From Narcine bancroftii (lineage: Eukaryota), in assembly GCF_036971445.1 (NCBI RefSeq), contig NC_091470.1, positions 180,172,001 to 180,236,000 on the forward strand: a stretch of 64,000 nucleotides of DNA, in the 5' to 3' direction. Below are positions 49,071-61,735 of the stretch, piece by piece (position 1 is the first letter of the stretch; every line of letters begins with the position of its first letter). The notes below the pieces were generated by a model. The model saw nothing but the letters and a program-made list of their open reading frames with translations. It was not told the origin of the DNA and made no database searches. The position numbers and the translations under genes were made by a program.

Positions 49071-50704
49071 TCCTTTGCGGCTGCTTCTTCCGTTCCGCTG
49101 GCGAGCGAGCCCTCCTCTGAGCTCCTACCCTTCAAAACGTGTCCTCCACCAGCTCCCACCTTGACCAACATTTTACAGGAGCACAGTTGAGAGCGTCCTG
49201 GATGGTAGCTGCAAAGCGTCGGACTGGACGTCAGTGCAGAGGATCGTCAAAAGGTCGAGAAGATCAGTTGGGTCTCCATTTCCTCTGTAGACGAGATTTA
49301 GAACATAGAACACCTCTGCACAGTACAGGCTCTTCAGCCCTCGATGTTGTGCCAACCCATATATTCCTTACAAAATGTACTGAACCCTCCCCACCCCGTA
49401 ACCCTCTATTTTTCTTCCACTCGTGGGCCTGTCTAAGAGTCTCTTAAATGCCCTTAATATTTCAGCCCCCACCACCACCCCATTTACCGGAAGTGTTGTG
49501 TGTAAATGGGGCTCAGGTAATTATTGAAATCCCTTTCCATCCACGACGCAGGATTTTTGACTCTCCCCCACCAGGAAGGAAATGGGGGAGCATCAAAATC
49601 ACGGCTGTCATAACACAACGTGTTAATTTAATTTTTAATATTGGCACGGTCACAAGCCCTTCCGGTCCGTGAGCCCAAGCGTCCCCGATTAACCTACCAA
49701 CCCTATACGTTTTGAAGGGTGGGAGGAAACCGGAGGAAGCCCACGCAGGACACAAACTCCTTGCAGACCATGCCAGATTTGAGTGGGGTAACAGTGTTGC
49801 GCTGACCGCACCTTTGGTGTCTGGTTCGCACTGACTTGGGCACGGTTTGGTGCAGCGATGGAGTGTGGGTTTGCTAAATTGGCTGTCGGGCCTGTTTCCG
49901 TGCTGTCTGGCTCATCTCTGCATCTGGACAGGCAGGCCTGAAACATCGGCGATGTATCTTTGTCTCCTATGGACTCTGAAAGACCGGCTGAGTTCCTCCA
50001 GCATTTCAATGTGCTTTTACTACAATCACAGTGGTTGCAGACGTCTGTGTTTCATTTGCGTCTATACACCACGTCTGGGTCATCATTACAGCCACACGGT
50101 GGTGGATTTACCAATAGCCATACCTTGGGCAGTGAGATGGGGTGTGGGCACCTCACCAACCCACACACTCGTCCGACATCGTGGATACCCCGCGGGACGT
50201 GACTTGGGGGAGGGGGGAGGTTCCCGGGGAATACCTGGGCAAATCCTCGCTTGCTGGGCCCAGGGTGCCAGCAGCGAGAGCGTCCTTCTGGCCTTGGTCG
50301 TCGGATCCCAACCAGCTCCCCCGCCTGGCCCCACTAATCCCCTGATTTGCACGTGGGCTTGCCGATTTTCCGCCACGTGCTGGTGCCAGCCATCCATGAG
50401 AACGGCGCAGGGGAGGAATTTAATGCCTGTCACTTCCCACAGCTCGCTCTGGAACCTGCCAGGTGTTGGGCAGTAGACCAAGCTCTGGAGGGATGCCCAG
50501 CCATCTCCATGTGATCCGTGTGTAGGCAGGGGAAGGGGAGGGAAGGTGAAGAGAGGGGAGGACACTTGGTTCTGTCACTTCTGCTGGAGAGAGAGCGTGG
50601 GACTGATAGTTGCACGCACACTCACCCACAGACATACACGCACACACCCACAGACACGCGCACCCACAGACATGACAGATACCCACACACGCACACCCAA
50701 AGAC

Positions 50705-52123
50705 GCCGCAGCCCCCCGCCGAGCCGCAGCCCCCCGCCGAGCCGCAGCCCCCCGCCGAGCCGCAGCCCCCCGCCGAGCCGCAGCCCCCCGCCGAGCCGCA
50801 GCCCCCCGCCGAGCCGCAGCCCCCCGCCGAGCCGCAGCCCCCCGCCGAGCCGCAGCCCCCCGCCGAGCCGCAGCCCCCCGCCGAGCCGCAGCCCCCCGCC
50901 GAGCCGCAGCCCCCCGCCGAGCCGCAGCCCCCCGCCGAGCCGCAGCCCCCCGCCGAGCCGCAGCCCCCCGCCGAGCCGCAGCCCCCCGCCGAGCCGCAGC
51001 CCCCCGCCGAGCCGCAGCCCCCCGCCGAGCCGCAGCCCCCCGCCGAGCCGCAGCCCCCCGCCGAGCCGCAGCCCCCCGCCGAGCCGCAGCCCCCCGCCGA
51101 GCCGCAGCCCCCCGCCGAGCCGCAGCCCCCCGCCGAGCCGCAGCCCCCCGCCGAGCCGCAGCCCCCCGCCGAGCCGCAGCCCCCCGCCGAGCCGCAGCCC
51201 CCCGCCGAGCCGCAGCCCCCCGCCGAGCCGCAGCCCCCCGCCGAGCCGCAGCCCCCCGCCGAGCCGCAGCCCCCCGCCGAGCCGCAGCCCCCCGCCGAGC
51301 CGCAGCCCCCCGCCGAGCCGCAGCCCCCCGCCGAGCCGCAGCCCCCCGCCGAGCCGCAGCCCCCCGCCGAGCCGCAGCCCCCCGCCGAGCCGCAGCCCCC
51401 CGCCGAGCCGCAGCCCCCCGCCGAGCCGCAGCCCCCCGCCGAGCCGCAGCCCCCCGCCGAGCCGCAGCCCCCCGCCGAGCCGCAGCCCCCCGCCGAGCCG
51501 CAGCCCCCCGCCGAGCCGCAGCCCCCCGCCGAGCCGCAGCCCCCCGCCGAGCCGCAGCCCCCCGCCGAGCCGCAGCCCCCCGCCGAGCCGCAGCCCCCCG
51601 CCGAGCCGCAGCCCCCCGCCGAGCCGCAGCCCCCCGCCGAGCCGCAGCCCCCCGCCGAGCCGCAGCCCCCCGCCGAGCCGCAGCCCCCCGCCGAGCCGCA
51701 GCCCCCCGCCGAGCCGCAGCCCCCCGCCGAGCCGCAGCCCCCCGCCGAGCCGCAGCCCCCCGCCGAGCCGCAGCCCCCCGCCGAGCCGCAGCCCCCCGCC
51801 GAGCCGCAGCCCCCCGCCGAGCCGCAGCCCCCCGCCGAGCCGCAGCCCCCCGCCGAGCCGCAGCCCCCCGCCGAGCCGCAGCCCCCCGCCGAGCCGCAGC
51901 CCCCCGCCGAGCCGCAGCCCCCCGCCGAGCCGCAGCCCCCCGCCGAGCCGCAGCCCCCCGCCGAGCCGCAGCCCCCCGCCGAGCCGCAGCCCCCCGCCGA
52001 GCCGCAGCCCCCCGCCGAGCCGCAGCCCCCCGCCGAGCCGCAGCCCCCCGCCGAGCCGCAGCCCCCCGCCGAGCCGCAGCCCCCCGCCGAGCCGCAGCCC
52101 CCCGCCGAGCCGCAGCCCCCCGC
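50705..52123 (+). repeat. Perfect 18-bp GC-rich minisatellite (GCCGCAGCCCCCCGCCGA) x ~79
   Basis: Uninterrupted identical units flanked on both sides by CA-rich simple sequence. Confidence 0.98.
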
Positions 52124-52377
52124 AGACATCACAGACACCCACATTGATACGCGCACAGACACACATACGTGCATAGACAGACACAGGCATGCACAGATGC
52201 ATGTCCACACAGAGGATCGCACAGACACTTTTTGCAGTCAAGAGTCTTCTTCTGCCTCTCAGTAAACAAACGTGCTGGAGAAACCCAGCAGGTCAGGCAG
52301 CATCCCTGGGAAGTAAAGGGGAAGCAACGTTTCGGTCCTGGGCCCTCCATAAAGGTGCGAGCAAAGAGCAGAGGCAG

Positions 52378-53015
52378 CCTTGGGGTCCAAATCCATACAT
52401 CTCTCAAGGTCGCCACACAGGTTCATCGGATAGTTAAGAAGGCTAATGGGATGCTGGGTTTGATTAGTTCAAGAGTCGAGAGGTCATGTGGCAACACTAC
52501 AAATCTTTGGTGAGACCACACTTTATTACAGGAAGGATGTGGAGGTTATGTCGAGTGGGCAGAGGAGATTCACCAGGATGTTGCCTAGATTGGAGAATAA
52601 GTCTTATGAGGCAAGGTTAGCAGAGCTGGGACTTGTTTCTTTGGAGCGTAGAAGGATGAGAGGAGACTTACTAGAGGTCTAGAAGATTCTGAGAGGCGTG
52701 GATAAGGTGGACGGCCAGTGCCCATTTCCAGGGTGGGGACAGCAAACATCAGAGGACGTCTGTACAAAGTGAGGGGAGGGCAGTTTAGGGGAGACATCAG
52801 GGGGAAGCATTTTTACACAGAGAGTCATGGGGGCCTGGAATGTCTCGCCAGGGGTGGTGGTAGAGACTGGGATATTAGGTGAATTTAAGGGAGGCAGGCA
52901 CATGGATGAAAGAAAAATGGAGGGTGATGAGGTAGGGAAGGTTTAATACTTTTTTGGGGGTAGGAATATATGGGTCAGTACAATAATGAGGGCCGAAGGG
53001 CCTGTGCCGTAGACT
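52378..53015 (+). mobile_element. CR1 3' fragment
   Basis: LGVQIHTSLKVATQV, QRRFTRMLPRLENKSYEARLAELGL. Confidence 0.82.
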
Positions 53016-56000
53016 GTGTTTTTCCCCCGCCCATCAAATTGTCAGGTGTTGAAAAACGCCTCCGTTGGAACTGACTGTCGAGAATGAGGTGGGGGGGGGT
53101 AAGGTTCAGCCCCGCTCTCCACCTCCGCCTTCTCCTTTCAACTTTGGTTCCAGCCAGATTAAATTCCAATCCCCCCACCCCTGCCTCCAACTTCTCCCTC
53201 AGTTTTGTCCATCTCCTGCTTTCCCAACCCGCCCCCCTTCGCTCTGTCTCAAACACAGAGGGATAAGTTCATCGTGGTGGGGTGGGGTGGGGGGGCAGTC
53301 CCAAACGAGGAATGTGTGACTGATGGGTCTCGGTAAGATTAACCAGAGCAGCTGCTGAGAGAAGCAGAGAGAGAGAAACCTCGACCACGGCTGAAGCAGA
53401 TTGTCGGGCCGCTCTTGGGGGCTCCGTGTAACCATTAGCCAATTAATTAGTCATTAAGAAAGGCGACATTAAGTTAATGGTGTGTTGTGAAGGAAATTGC
53501 CTTGAAGGATAGACAAGGCTGAACCTTCGTTATATTTGGCCTTGGTGTGAGACCGTAATTGGAGTGCTGTGTAGAGTTGGTGTCTTTAAGGAATGTGGCA
53601 AATGCATTGGGAACAGTCCAGGGAAGGTTGGCGAGACTGATAATCTTTCAGAATCAGAATTTATTGTTGTGAATGTGTCACAAAGTGATTTTTTTTTTTT
53701 GTGGCAATATTACAGATGCAAAATTGCTGTTAATTGCATTTTAAAAAAATTAGTACATTCCGGAATCTGATGGTGGAGGGGAGGAAGGCCGCCTTGTGCT
53801 GCCAGGCGCTCGCCTTCAGGCTCCTGAATCTCCTTCCCTGAAGATAGCAGAGTGAAGGGGGCCTGGCTTTGAGGGTGGGGTCCTTAAGGATAGAGGCCGC
53901 CTTCTTGAGGCACCTCCTCTTGTCGGCGTCCGTGCCAGAGTGGGGACTTGCGCTCGCAATGGTGCTAGCTGAGTTCACAATGCCCCTCTGTCATCTGTCC
54001 CCCGACCCCATGCATTGGGCGCCTCCAAGGCAGACAGTGATGCGGCCGGCCAGGACGCTCTCCACGGTGCACCTGCGGTAGTTTGCGAGCACCTCTGGTG
54101 ATGCACCGAATCTCCTTGAGCTCCCAATGAAGTGTTGCCTGTGGGCCGAGCCTTCTCCGTGATTGCATCGACATGGAGGCCCCAGGACTGATCCTCGGAG
54201 ATGTTGACACCCAGATATTTTGAAGGTTTTGACCCTCCCCACTGCTGACACCTTGATGGGGACTGATTTGTGGCCTCCTGAGTTCCACAATCACCTCCTT
54301 AGTTTTACTAACGTTGAGTGCAAGGTGGTTGCGGTAACACCACCCAGCAAGCTGATCCATCAGGGAAAATTAAGTATAATTCCTGTTCCCATTCGGGGAA
54401 TCTCCTCAAGAACGGTTAGTGCAATACTGTTACAGTGCCAGCAACCAGGATTCGAACCCCGGAGTTTTTACGCTCTCTCTGAGTCTCCGTGGGTCTCCTA
54501 TGGGTGCTCCGGTTTCCTCCCACCCTTCAAAGCGTACAGGGTCTGTCGGTCAATTTAAAAATAACTCCCGCCAACCATCGATGACGCTCGGAGCCCTCGT
54601 GGGACAATGGTCAGTCGTTCCTGTAGGCCGAGATTGCCTGCCGATTCACGCGCGTCCCCGGCTGTCTGGTGATTGAGTGCGAAGTGGTCCATCAGGCTAC
54701 CTCTGCTCTCCTCCCTTTTCCGGGAAGTGTGGAGGCGAGCTTGACAATCCCCAGGGCTGCAAATCACAGTCAGCCGGCTCCTTTCTGTCTCTCAATGGCT
54801 TTGACGAGGACCTTTCAGGAAGAGAGATGGGGAGAGACTGTGTGTATGTGTCAGTCACACACTCCCCAGAAGGCCTGGTCAGAGCTGTTCAAATGCAGAA
54901 GGGAGCTGGCTGTCCGATTTGCAATCTCCTCTCTATCAGAATCAGGATTTTTTGTCATGGAATCCTGGGTTTTGCAGCTGCGTCACGAGGCAAACATTCA
55001 TGTTATAACCATTTTGCAACATTACTACAAAAAACTTAAAATAATATTGCACAAAAAGTCAGACAGTGTCTTTGGTTCATTGATCGTTCAGAAATCTGAT
55101 GGCGGAGGGGAAGGAACTGTCCTTGTGTCGCTGAGTGCTCGTCTTCAGGCTCCTGTACCTTTTCCCCGAGGATAGAGGCTGCTTTTTTAAGACGCCACGT
55201 CGTGTCGACGTCCTCAATGGAGTGAAGGCTGGTGCCCCTGATGTCGCAGGCCGAGTTAACAGAACAGTGAAATAAGAGGCCCTTCAGCTTACCTGTCTGT
55301 GCCAAGCCCCGTCTGTAGGTGCCAGAATCCAATCCTCTCTCTCTGGTGCGAGAAAGGCTAGCCTGACTGCGGTGAAAAGATGGGAACGCTGGAGGAAGTC
55401 AGCCGGTCTCGCAGCCTCCCTGGGAGGTAAAGGAAAGAAAAAGGCTTTCAAATGACCCTCACACCAGTAATGTTGTGTTAGCTCTGTCCCAGCCCATCAC
55501 TCATCAGAACTTTGCCGTGTTTTTTTTCTCCCCTTACTGTACTATGTATGAGATGGCTCGCCAGACTGATCACCAAACAAACTCTCTCACTGCACCTTGG
55601 TTCATGCGACAATAGACAATTGAAAGCATTTCTCCTTGAGGTTGGCATAGCAGAGAGCACGACGCTGTTATGGCGCCAGCGGCCTGGGTTTGAATCCTGC
55701 AGTGTCTGTAAAGAGTTTGTACGTTCTCCCCGTGCTTGTGTGGATTTCTTCCCACCCTTAAAAATGTACTGGGAGTGGGGAGGGTTTGTGTGGCACGAGC
55801 TCATGGGCCGGAAGAGCTTGTAACCGAGCTGCGTATCTAACTTTAAAAAATAATATCCCACCCATGGATTCAGAAGCCATAGCGGGGCAGCACCGTTCAG
55901 GCTTTAAATGAGCCGATGGTGTTTGTAGGTTAAAACCCTGTGGCTGCGGGGTCTGCCCCCAAGATGGCGGCGCCTGCACTGGCAGCAGACACGGGTTTGG

Positions 56001-57099
56001 AGGTGGAGCAGCGGACCGGCGCAGGGCACCAGAAATGCAGAGAACACCCCTCCCCATGGAGGAGGAGGAGGAGAGGTGACCCTATGGGGATGATGACCGT
56101 GGCGGCCGAGGGATCTGTGCAGACTACAGGTGACCTGCAGTTGAGGGGTGGGTGGGGGAGGGCCCTCCTCACCCACCCCACGTGGGCTGCTGGAGACCGG
56201 CCCGTCAGAGCCGGGATTCGAGAGGGTGCAGAGGGCAAGGCGGGCGCTGAGGGTTACCTGAACATGCCGGAGGTTGGGAGCTGGGGGTTGTGGGGTGGGG
56301 AGGGACTGTGCGGGCTGCTGGAGACTAGCTTATGGGAACCAGGTGTCGGAGCTGGGATTCGAAGGGCTCCTGAAGGCCTCGGGTGCTGAGGGCTTCCTGA
56401 CCATGTTGAAGGTTCAGATCCGGAGTTCAGGGCAGCTGATGGATCGAACAGGCCGCAGAGGTGAATCCACGGACACTCAGTGACTCCGAAGGGACTCTCA
56501 TTGGCTTCTCTCTCTCCTATTGTTGGGGCACTGGGCAACGTTCTTTGTTTGTCTTATGGAACGTTCTATACTAATATGTGACAATCAAATGATCTTGAAC
56601 TCTCTCTCTCTCTCGATCTCACCTGATCTTGAAACCGTGGATTTAACTCAAAAGAGAGAGGTCCTAATGTACCAAGTTATCAGACAACTCAAGGGTGCCA
56701 GCAGCTAACCAAAATTGATATGGGCAGAATGGACACGATTGGGCCATTCACGAGGGATGGGTTTGATTAAGTGCTTTGCCTCGATCTGTTGGCAATTCTT
56801 TATCTCCGATATTGGTTGGCCCACTGAATTTCTCGGGCCAGCTGTACTGTGTTGCAATTGAAAGTGCACCAGGTATGTTGTGCTCAGGCAAGTGTGGGAA
56901 CCTGCCAAATTAAAGCTGAAATTTGAAACGCTCCCCAGTTCTCGTTGCAGCGAGTCTGTGCCTCCCCCTCCTCGTGAGACTGCAGGGCTGCAGATAGAAC
57001 GCATCCCGTTTCTGTCCCCGTACCCCACTGGAGGCCGAGAGAGAACTGTTTGGAGCTCCAGTAGCCGTCCTCCTTGCCACCTTATTTAGCATTCCATCC

Positions 57100-57530
57100 T
57101 GTCCGTAGGAGCAGAAAGGGCCCATTCAGCCCATTGGGTCTGCCCTGCCATTTACTCATGAGCTGCTCCTCCGCCTGGCCTCCTCCCTGTAATCTTTGAT
57201 GTCCTGGCTAATCAAGAACCTATCAATCTCTGCTTTAAATAGACGCAATGACCCGACCTCCACCACCACCCGTGGGAACAAATTCCTGATTCTCTACCCT
57301 CTTGCTGAAGAAATTCCTCTGTTCTAAGCGGACGCCTTTCAATCCTGAAGTCATACCCTCTTGTCCCAGGCTCTCGCACCGTGGGGAACAACCTTTCTAC
57401 GTCTACTCTGTCTCCACCTTTCAGCATTCAAAATGCTTCAATGAGACTAACCCCCCCCCCCCCCCCAATTCTCCTAAATTCCAATGAGTGCAGGCCAAGA
57501 GTGGTCAAATGCTCCTCATATGGTCACCTG
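57100..57530 (-). mobile_element. CR1 3' fragment
   Basis: MLKG.DRVDVERLFP motif and CR1 tail, similar to 10100-10750. Confidence 0.75.
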
Positions 57531-58985
57531 AAATCATCCTCGCGAACCAACTCCAACATCACCACGTCCTGTCTTAATTGGTCTCCTGCTTTTTGCCCTC
57601 TTGAGATCACAGGTCCCCATCTTGAGACGGCCTCTTCCCATCTCTCGCTCTGTGGTGGCCGATTCGGACTCTTCTCCAGATGACGTTGGGCAGGCGGGTC
57701 GTTTTGGTTGTCCGTTTCTCGGAGACCAGCGCAGCACGGAAACAGGCCCTATGACCCATCGAGTCTTCTCTGACCGTCAGCCATGTTGGGCTGCAATGTT
57801 TACTTCAACTTCTTCTGTAGAACATTCCAGCATGGAAATCAGGCCTTTCAGCCCTTCTAGTCTGTGCTGAAATATTATTCGACCCGGTCCCACTCACCTG
57901 CACCCCTCCCATCCATGCAACTATCCAAATTTTACTTAAATGTGAAAATTTGGCCCCCGTATCCACCACTTCAGTTCATACCACACTCCCACCGCTCTCT
58001 GTGAAGAAGTTCCCCCTAATGTTCTGCCTAAACCTTCCCTCTTTTTACCCTGAACTGATGTCTTCCCCAAAGACTGTGCCTCTTGCCAACAATTAGACTT
58101 TCTTAGGGCAATTTAACCCACCTGAATTTGGGAGGGGAGGGGGGACTGGACCACCTGGGGTGGATTCCATGGGTCCAAAGCCAGTGGTGAATGTTCCTCA
58201 TAGGCAGCACCGGATGTCGGGATCGAACCGGATTCTTCGGCGCTGGGACAATCTACACTGCTGCCCCAAAATACCACTTCTGGGTGCTCCTGATTCCGAG
58301 CCTCAGGGTTCCTCAGATCCTGCCTCAGGTCCACCTTCACCACTCACAAGTTTGAGGTCGGCGAGGAACATTCCAGAAGGTGTTTCCTCTCTTCTTTGAT
58401 CGTGTCCCTGCGTCATAAACTCCGACCACCAGGCCAGGGGAAGGGATGGGGTCCTTTATTCTGTTGGCAGCTTTTCTGAGTAAGAGATGTGCTGATGGAA
58501 ATGGGGGGAAGTTTGTAAGCAGCCACATTTACAACTCTCAGCACTTCCCTGGGGTCTTCGACGGAGCAATTCCCACCCCACGCGGTCGGCCCTTTCAACC
58601 CGCTGCGTAAAATGGGATTAACCGGGCAAAAACCCCAGTTATGCGGCAGTTAGAAATGGTCCAACCCAGGTTCCTCGGAGGTAGTCAGGGAACCCAGTTC
58701 AACTTACCTAGGTCTTGTCCATGGCCAAGTCAAAAAGGAAAACGGTCGGCCCACTCATTCTGGTGACGTCAGTGCTTGCGTGCGTGTGTGACTGGGAAGC
58801 CAGCATCCAAACATCTGGCGGTACTTTCGGTGAGTGTGTGGCAAGTCATTGTAGGGGGGGGGGGCGGGATCCCCCCCTTAAATCGCCGGGTGGGCAACTT
58901 AACGGGTCGATTCCCTGCGACTTGAAAGGTGCTGGAAGCACCTTTGCCCCAATAATCACACCCAGATCCCGGGGACTGCGATTTC

Positions 58986-59137
58986 AAGGGGGCCGCGTCT
59001 TGAAGGGGGCCGCGTCTTGAAGGGGGCCGCGTCTTGAAGGGGGCCGCGTCTTGAAGGGGGCCGCGTCTTGAAGGGGGCCGCGACTTGAAGGGGGCCGCGA
59101 CTTGAAGGGGGCCGCGACTTGAAGGGGGCCGCGACTT
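58986..59137 (+). repeat. 17-bp minisatellite, left part (AAGGGGGCCGCG[T/A]CTTG x ~9)
   Basis: Five GTCTT units followed by four GACTT units. Confidence 0.95.
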
Positions 59138-60665
59138 TTTTTTAAATTTTTTATTTTTCACACCATAAATCACATTAGCCATGATATACACTATTTCTTT
59201 TTCACACATATACAGTGACTTTTTCTCCCCCCCCTCCCTCCTCCCAAGCCACCCCCCCACCCCCCCCCTCTCATCCATTTTAGGTATACAATCTAGGTTG
59301 CATTAAGCCAGTCAGACAATGTTGTCATTCAACAAAAATACACCAGAAATTCTACTGAGTCCATTCTTTTCTTTCCTTCTCTTTCCATCAACTTAGGTAA
59401 TGTTTGTCCCCGGTAGGTTTTCGCTATTGTATTTAATGTAAGGCTCCCATACTTGTTCGAATATTTCAATATTATTTCTTAACCTATATGTTATTTTTTC
59501 TAATGGAATACATTTATTCATTTAAATTTAGTAGTTTCTTCCTTTTAATTTGGTTATGTATTCCATTAATATTTAAAGTCATATAGTTCAGCGTAGCCCT
59601 TTTATATTTTGTTTATCTTCTCTTTCCGTTTTTCCATCATTACCTTTCCTCCTTTTCCATTTCTGTTTTCTTATTTTCAACTCTTTATAAGACAACATTC
59701 CTACAACATCCAACATTTTCCTTATTCTCCTATTTCTATCTTATTTATCCCCAATCTCCCCTTCCCCTCCTGAGTTGTCCTTTATCCCTTGTCGGACAAC
59801 CACATCTCCCCTCTCCATTTGGATTTGCGAATCCACTCGCAAGCGTCAACTGATTTTGCAGTGACCGCTATTTCCCCCCACCCCGCCCCCCCAGAAAAGA
59901 TTTCACTTTTCATATGTCACAAAGGTCACTCTTTTAATTCCCTCCTTATTCTCTCTATTCCATTACCTTCCCTTATTAATTCTTGTCTATACTATCTATA
60001 TTTTCCTCTAAGTACAGATACATTCACGTATGCACATTGTCTCTATTCACTCTTATACCTCTTTACCCGCATACATATCAATCGTGATCATTTTTACTCT
60101 CATTACCTGTTTTCATCCCTCAGTCTATTTTTGTCTTTACCCACATACATATCAATCGTGATCATTTTTACTCTCATTACCCGTCTTCCTCCCTCAGTCT
60201 ATTTTTGTAATTGTTCAGCAAATTTTCGTGCTTCTTCTGGATCCGAGAATAGTCTGTTTTGTTGTCCTGGAATAAATATTTTCAATACCGCTGGATGCTT
60301 TAGTATAAATTTATACCCTTTATTCCATAAAATCGCCTTTGCTGTATTGAACTCTTTTCTCTTCTTTAGGAGTTCAAAACTTATATCTGGATAAATGAAG
60401 ATTTTTTGCCCTTTATACTCCAGTGGTTTGTTGCCCTCTCTTACTTTTTCCATTGTCTTCTCCAGTACCTTTTCTCTTGTAGTATATCTTAGGAATTTTA
60501 CTACAATAGATCTTGGTTTTTGTTGTGGTTGTGGTTTAGAGGCCAATACTCTATGTGCCCTTTCTATTTCCATTTCTTGCTGTAGTTCTGGACATCTTAG
60601 GGTCTTAGGGATCCACTCTTTTATAAATTCCCTCATATTCTTGCCTTCTTCATCTTCCTTAAGGC
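59138..60665 (-). mobile_element. 5'-truncated L1-clade element: ORF1 C-half + ORF2 with internal deletion + A-rich tail
   Basis: ORF1 motifs EIERAHR, PRSIVVKFLRY, KIFIYPDISFELLKKRKEF (stop at 60199). ORF2 start ATLNYMTLNINGIHNQIKRKK (59523-59600) abuts ORF2 end LEKITY..FEQVWEPYI (59393-59521). Confidence 0.88.
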
Positions 60666-60666
60666 T

Positions 60667-61438
60667 GGGGGCCGCGACTTGGAGGGGGCCGCGACTTGGA
60701 GGGGGCCGCGACTTGGAGGGGGCCGCGACTTGGAGGGGGCCGCGACTTGGAGGGGGCCGCGACTTGGAGGGGGCCGCGACTTGGAGGGGGCCGCGACTTG
60801 GAGGGGGCCGCGACTTGGAGGGGGCCGCGACTTGGAGGGGGCCGCGACTTGGAGGGGGCCGCGACTTGGAGGGGGCCGCGACTTGGAGGGGGCCGCGACT
60901 TGGAGGGGGCCGCGACTTGGAGGGGGCCGCGACTTGGAGGGGGCCGCGACTTGGAGGGGGCCGCGACTTGGAGGGGGCCGCGACTTGGAGGGGGCCGCGA
61001 CTTGGAGGGGGCCGCGACTTGGAGGGGGCCGCGACTTGGAGGGGGCCGCGACTTGGAGGGGGCCGCGACTTGGAGGGGGCCGCGACTTGGAGGGGGCCGC
61101 GACTTGGAGGGGGCCGCGACTTGGAGGGGGCCGCGACTTGGAGGGGGCCGCGACTTGGAGGGGGCCGCGACTTGGAGGGGGCCGCGACTTGGAGGGGGCC
61201 GCGACTTGGAGGGGGCCGCGACTTGGAGGGGGCCGCGACTTGGAGGGGGCCGCGACTTGGAGGGGGCCGCGACTTGGAGGGGGCCGCGACTTGGAGGGGG
61301 CCGCGACTTGGAGGGGGCCGCGACTTGGAGGGGGCCGCGACTTGGAGGGGGCCGCGACTTGGAGGGGGCCGCGACTTGGAGGGGGCCGCGACTTGGAGGG
61401 GGCCGCGACTTGGAGGGGGCGCGCGACTTGAAAGGGGC
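60667..61438 (+). repeat. 17-bp minisatellite, right part (GGGGGCCGCGACTTGGA x ~44)
   Basis: Identical units to 61414, then a terminal variant GCGACTTGAAAGGGGC. Confidence 0.97.
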
Positions 61439-61464
61439 TAATGACCCACCCCGCCTTCGTAGAT

Positions 61465-61735
61465 TAAAGTATTGAGTATTGGAGTTGGGATGATATGGTG
61501 AAGTTGTATAAGGCATTTGTGAGGCCAAATGTGGAGTACTGTGTGCAGTTTTGGTCACCGAACCATATCAATAAGATGGAACGAGCACAGAGAAGATTTA
61601 CTCAGATGTTGCCCAGACTTCAGGAACTGAGTTACAGGGAAAGGTTAAACTTTATTCCCTGGAGCGTAGAAGAATGAGGGGTGATATGACGGAGGTCTGC
61701 ACATTTAAAATGGGTAGAGACAGAGTAAATGTGAT
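61465..61735 (+). mobile_element. CR1 3' fragment
   Basis: LYKAFVRPNVEYCVQFWSP..QRRFTQMLP. Confidence 0.8.

Larger units (their letters stand above)
58588..61439. mobile_element. Putative PIF/Harbinger-like MITE whose right end carries the 17-bp array
   Basis: Left end GGCCCTTTCAACCCGC (58588-58603) vs reverse complement of right end AGCCCCTTTCAAGTCGC; subterminal GCGACTTGAAAGG at ~58917; TAA follows the right end, left TSD not matching. Confidence 0.5.

Noticed and set aside
50420-52241. 500-600-aa ORFs on both strands (SAGGCG, RSPPPS, PRRAAA, GGGLRL repeats)
   Set aside because: By-product of a stop-free 18-bp unit; open in all frames, with no splice or start context.
60395-61558. Long repetitive ORFs and CRISPR-like periodicity
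   Set aside because: Head-to-tail 17-bp units with no unique spacers and no cas genes; eukaryotic minisatellite.
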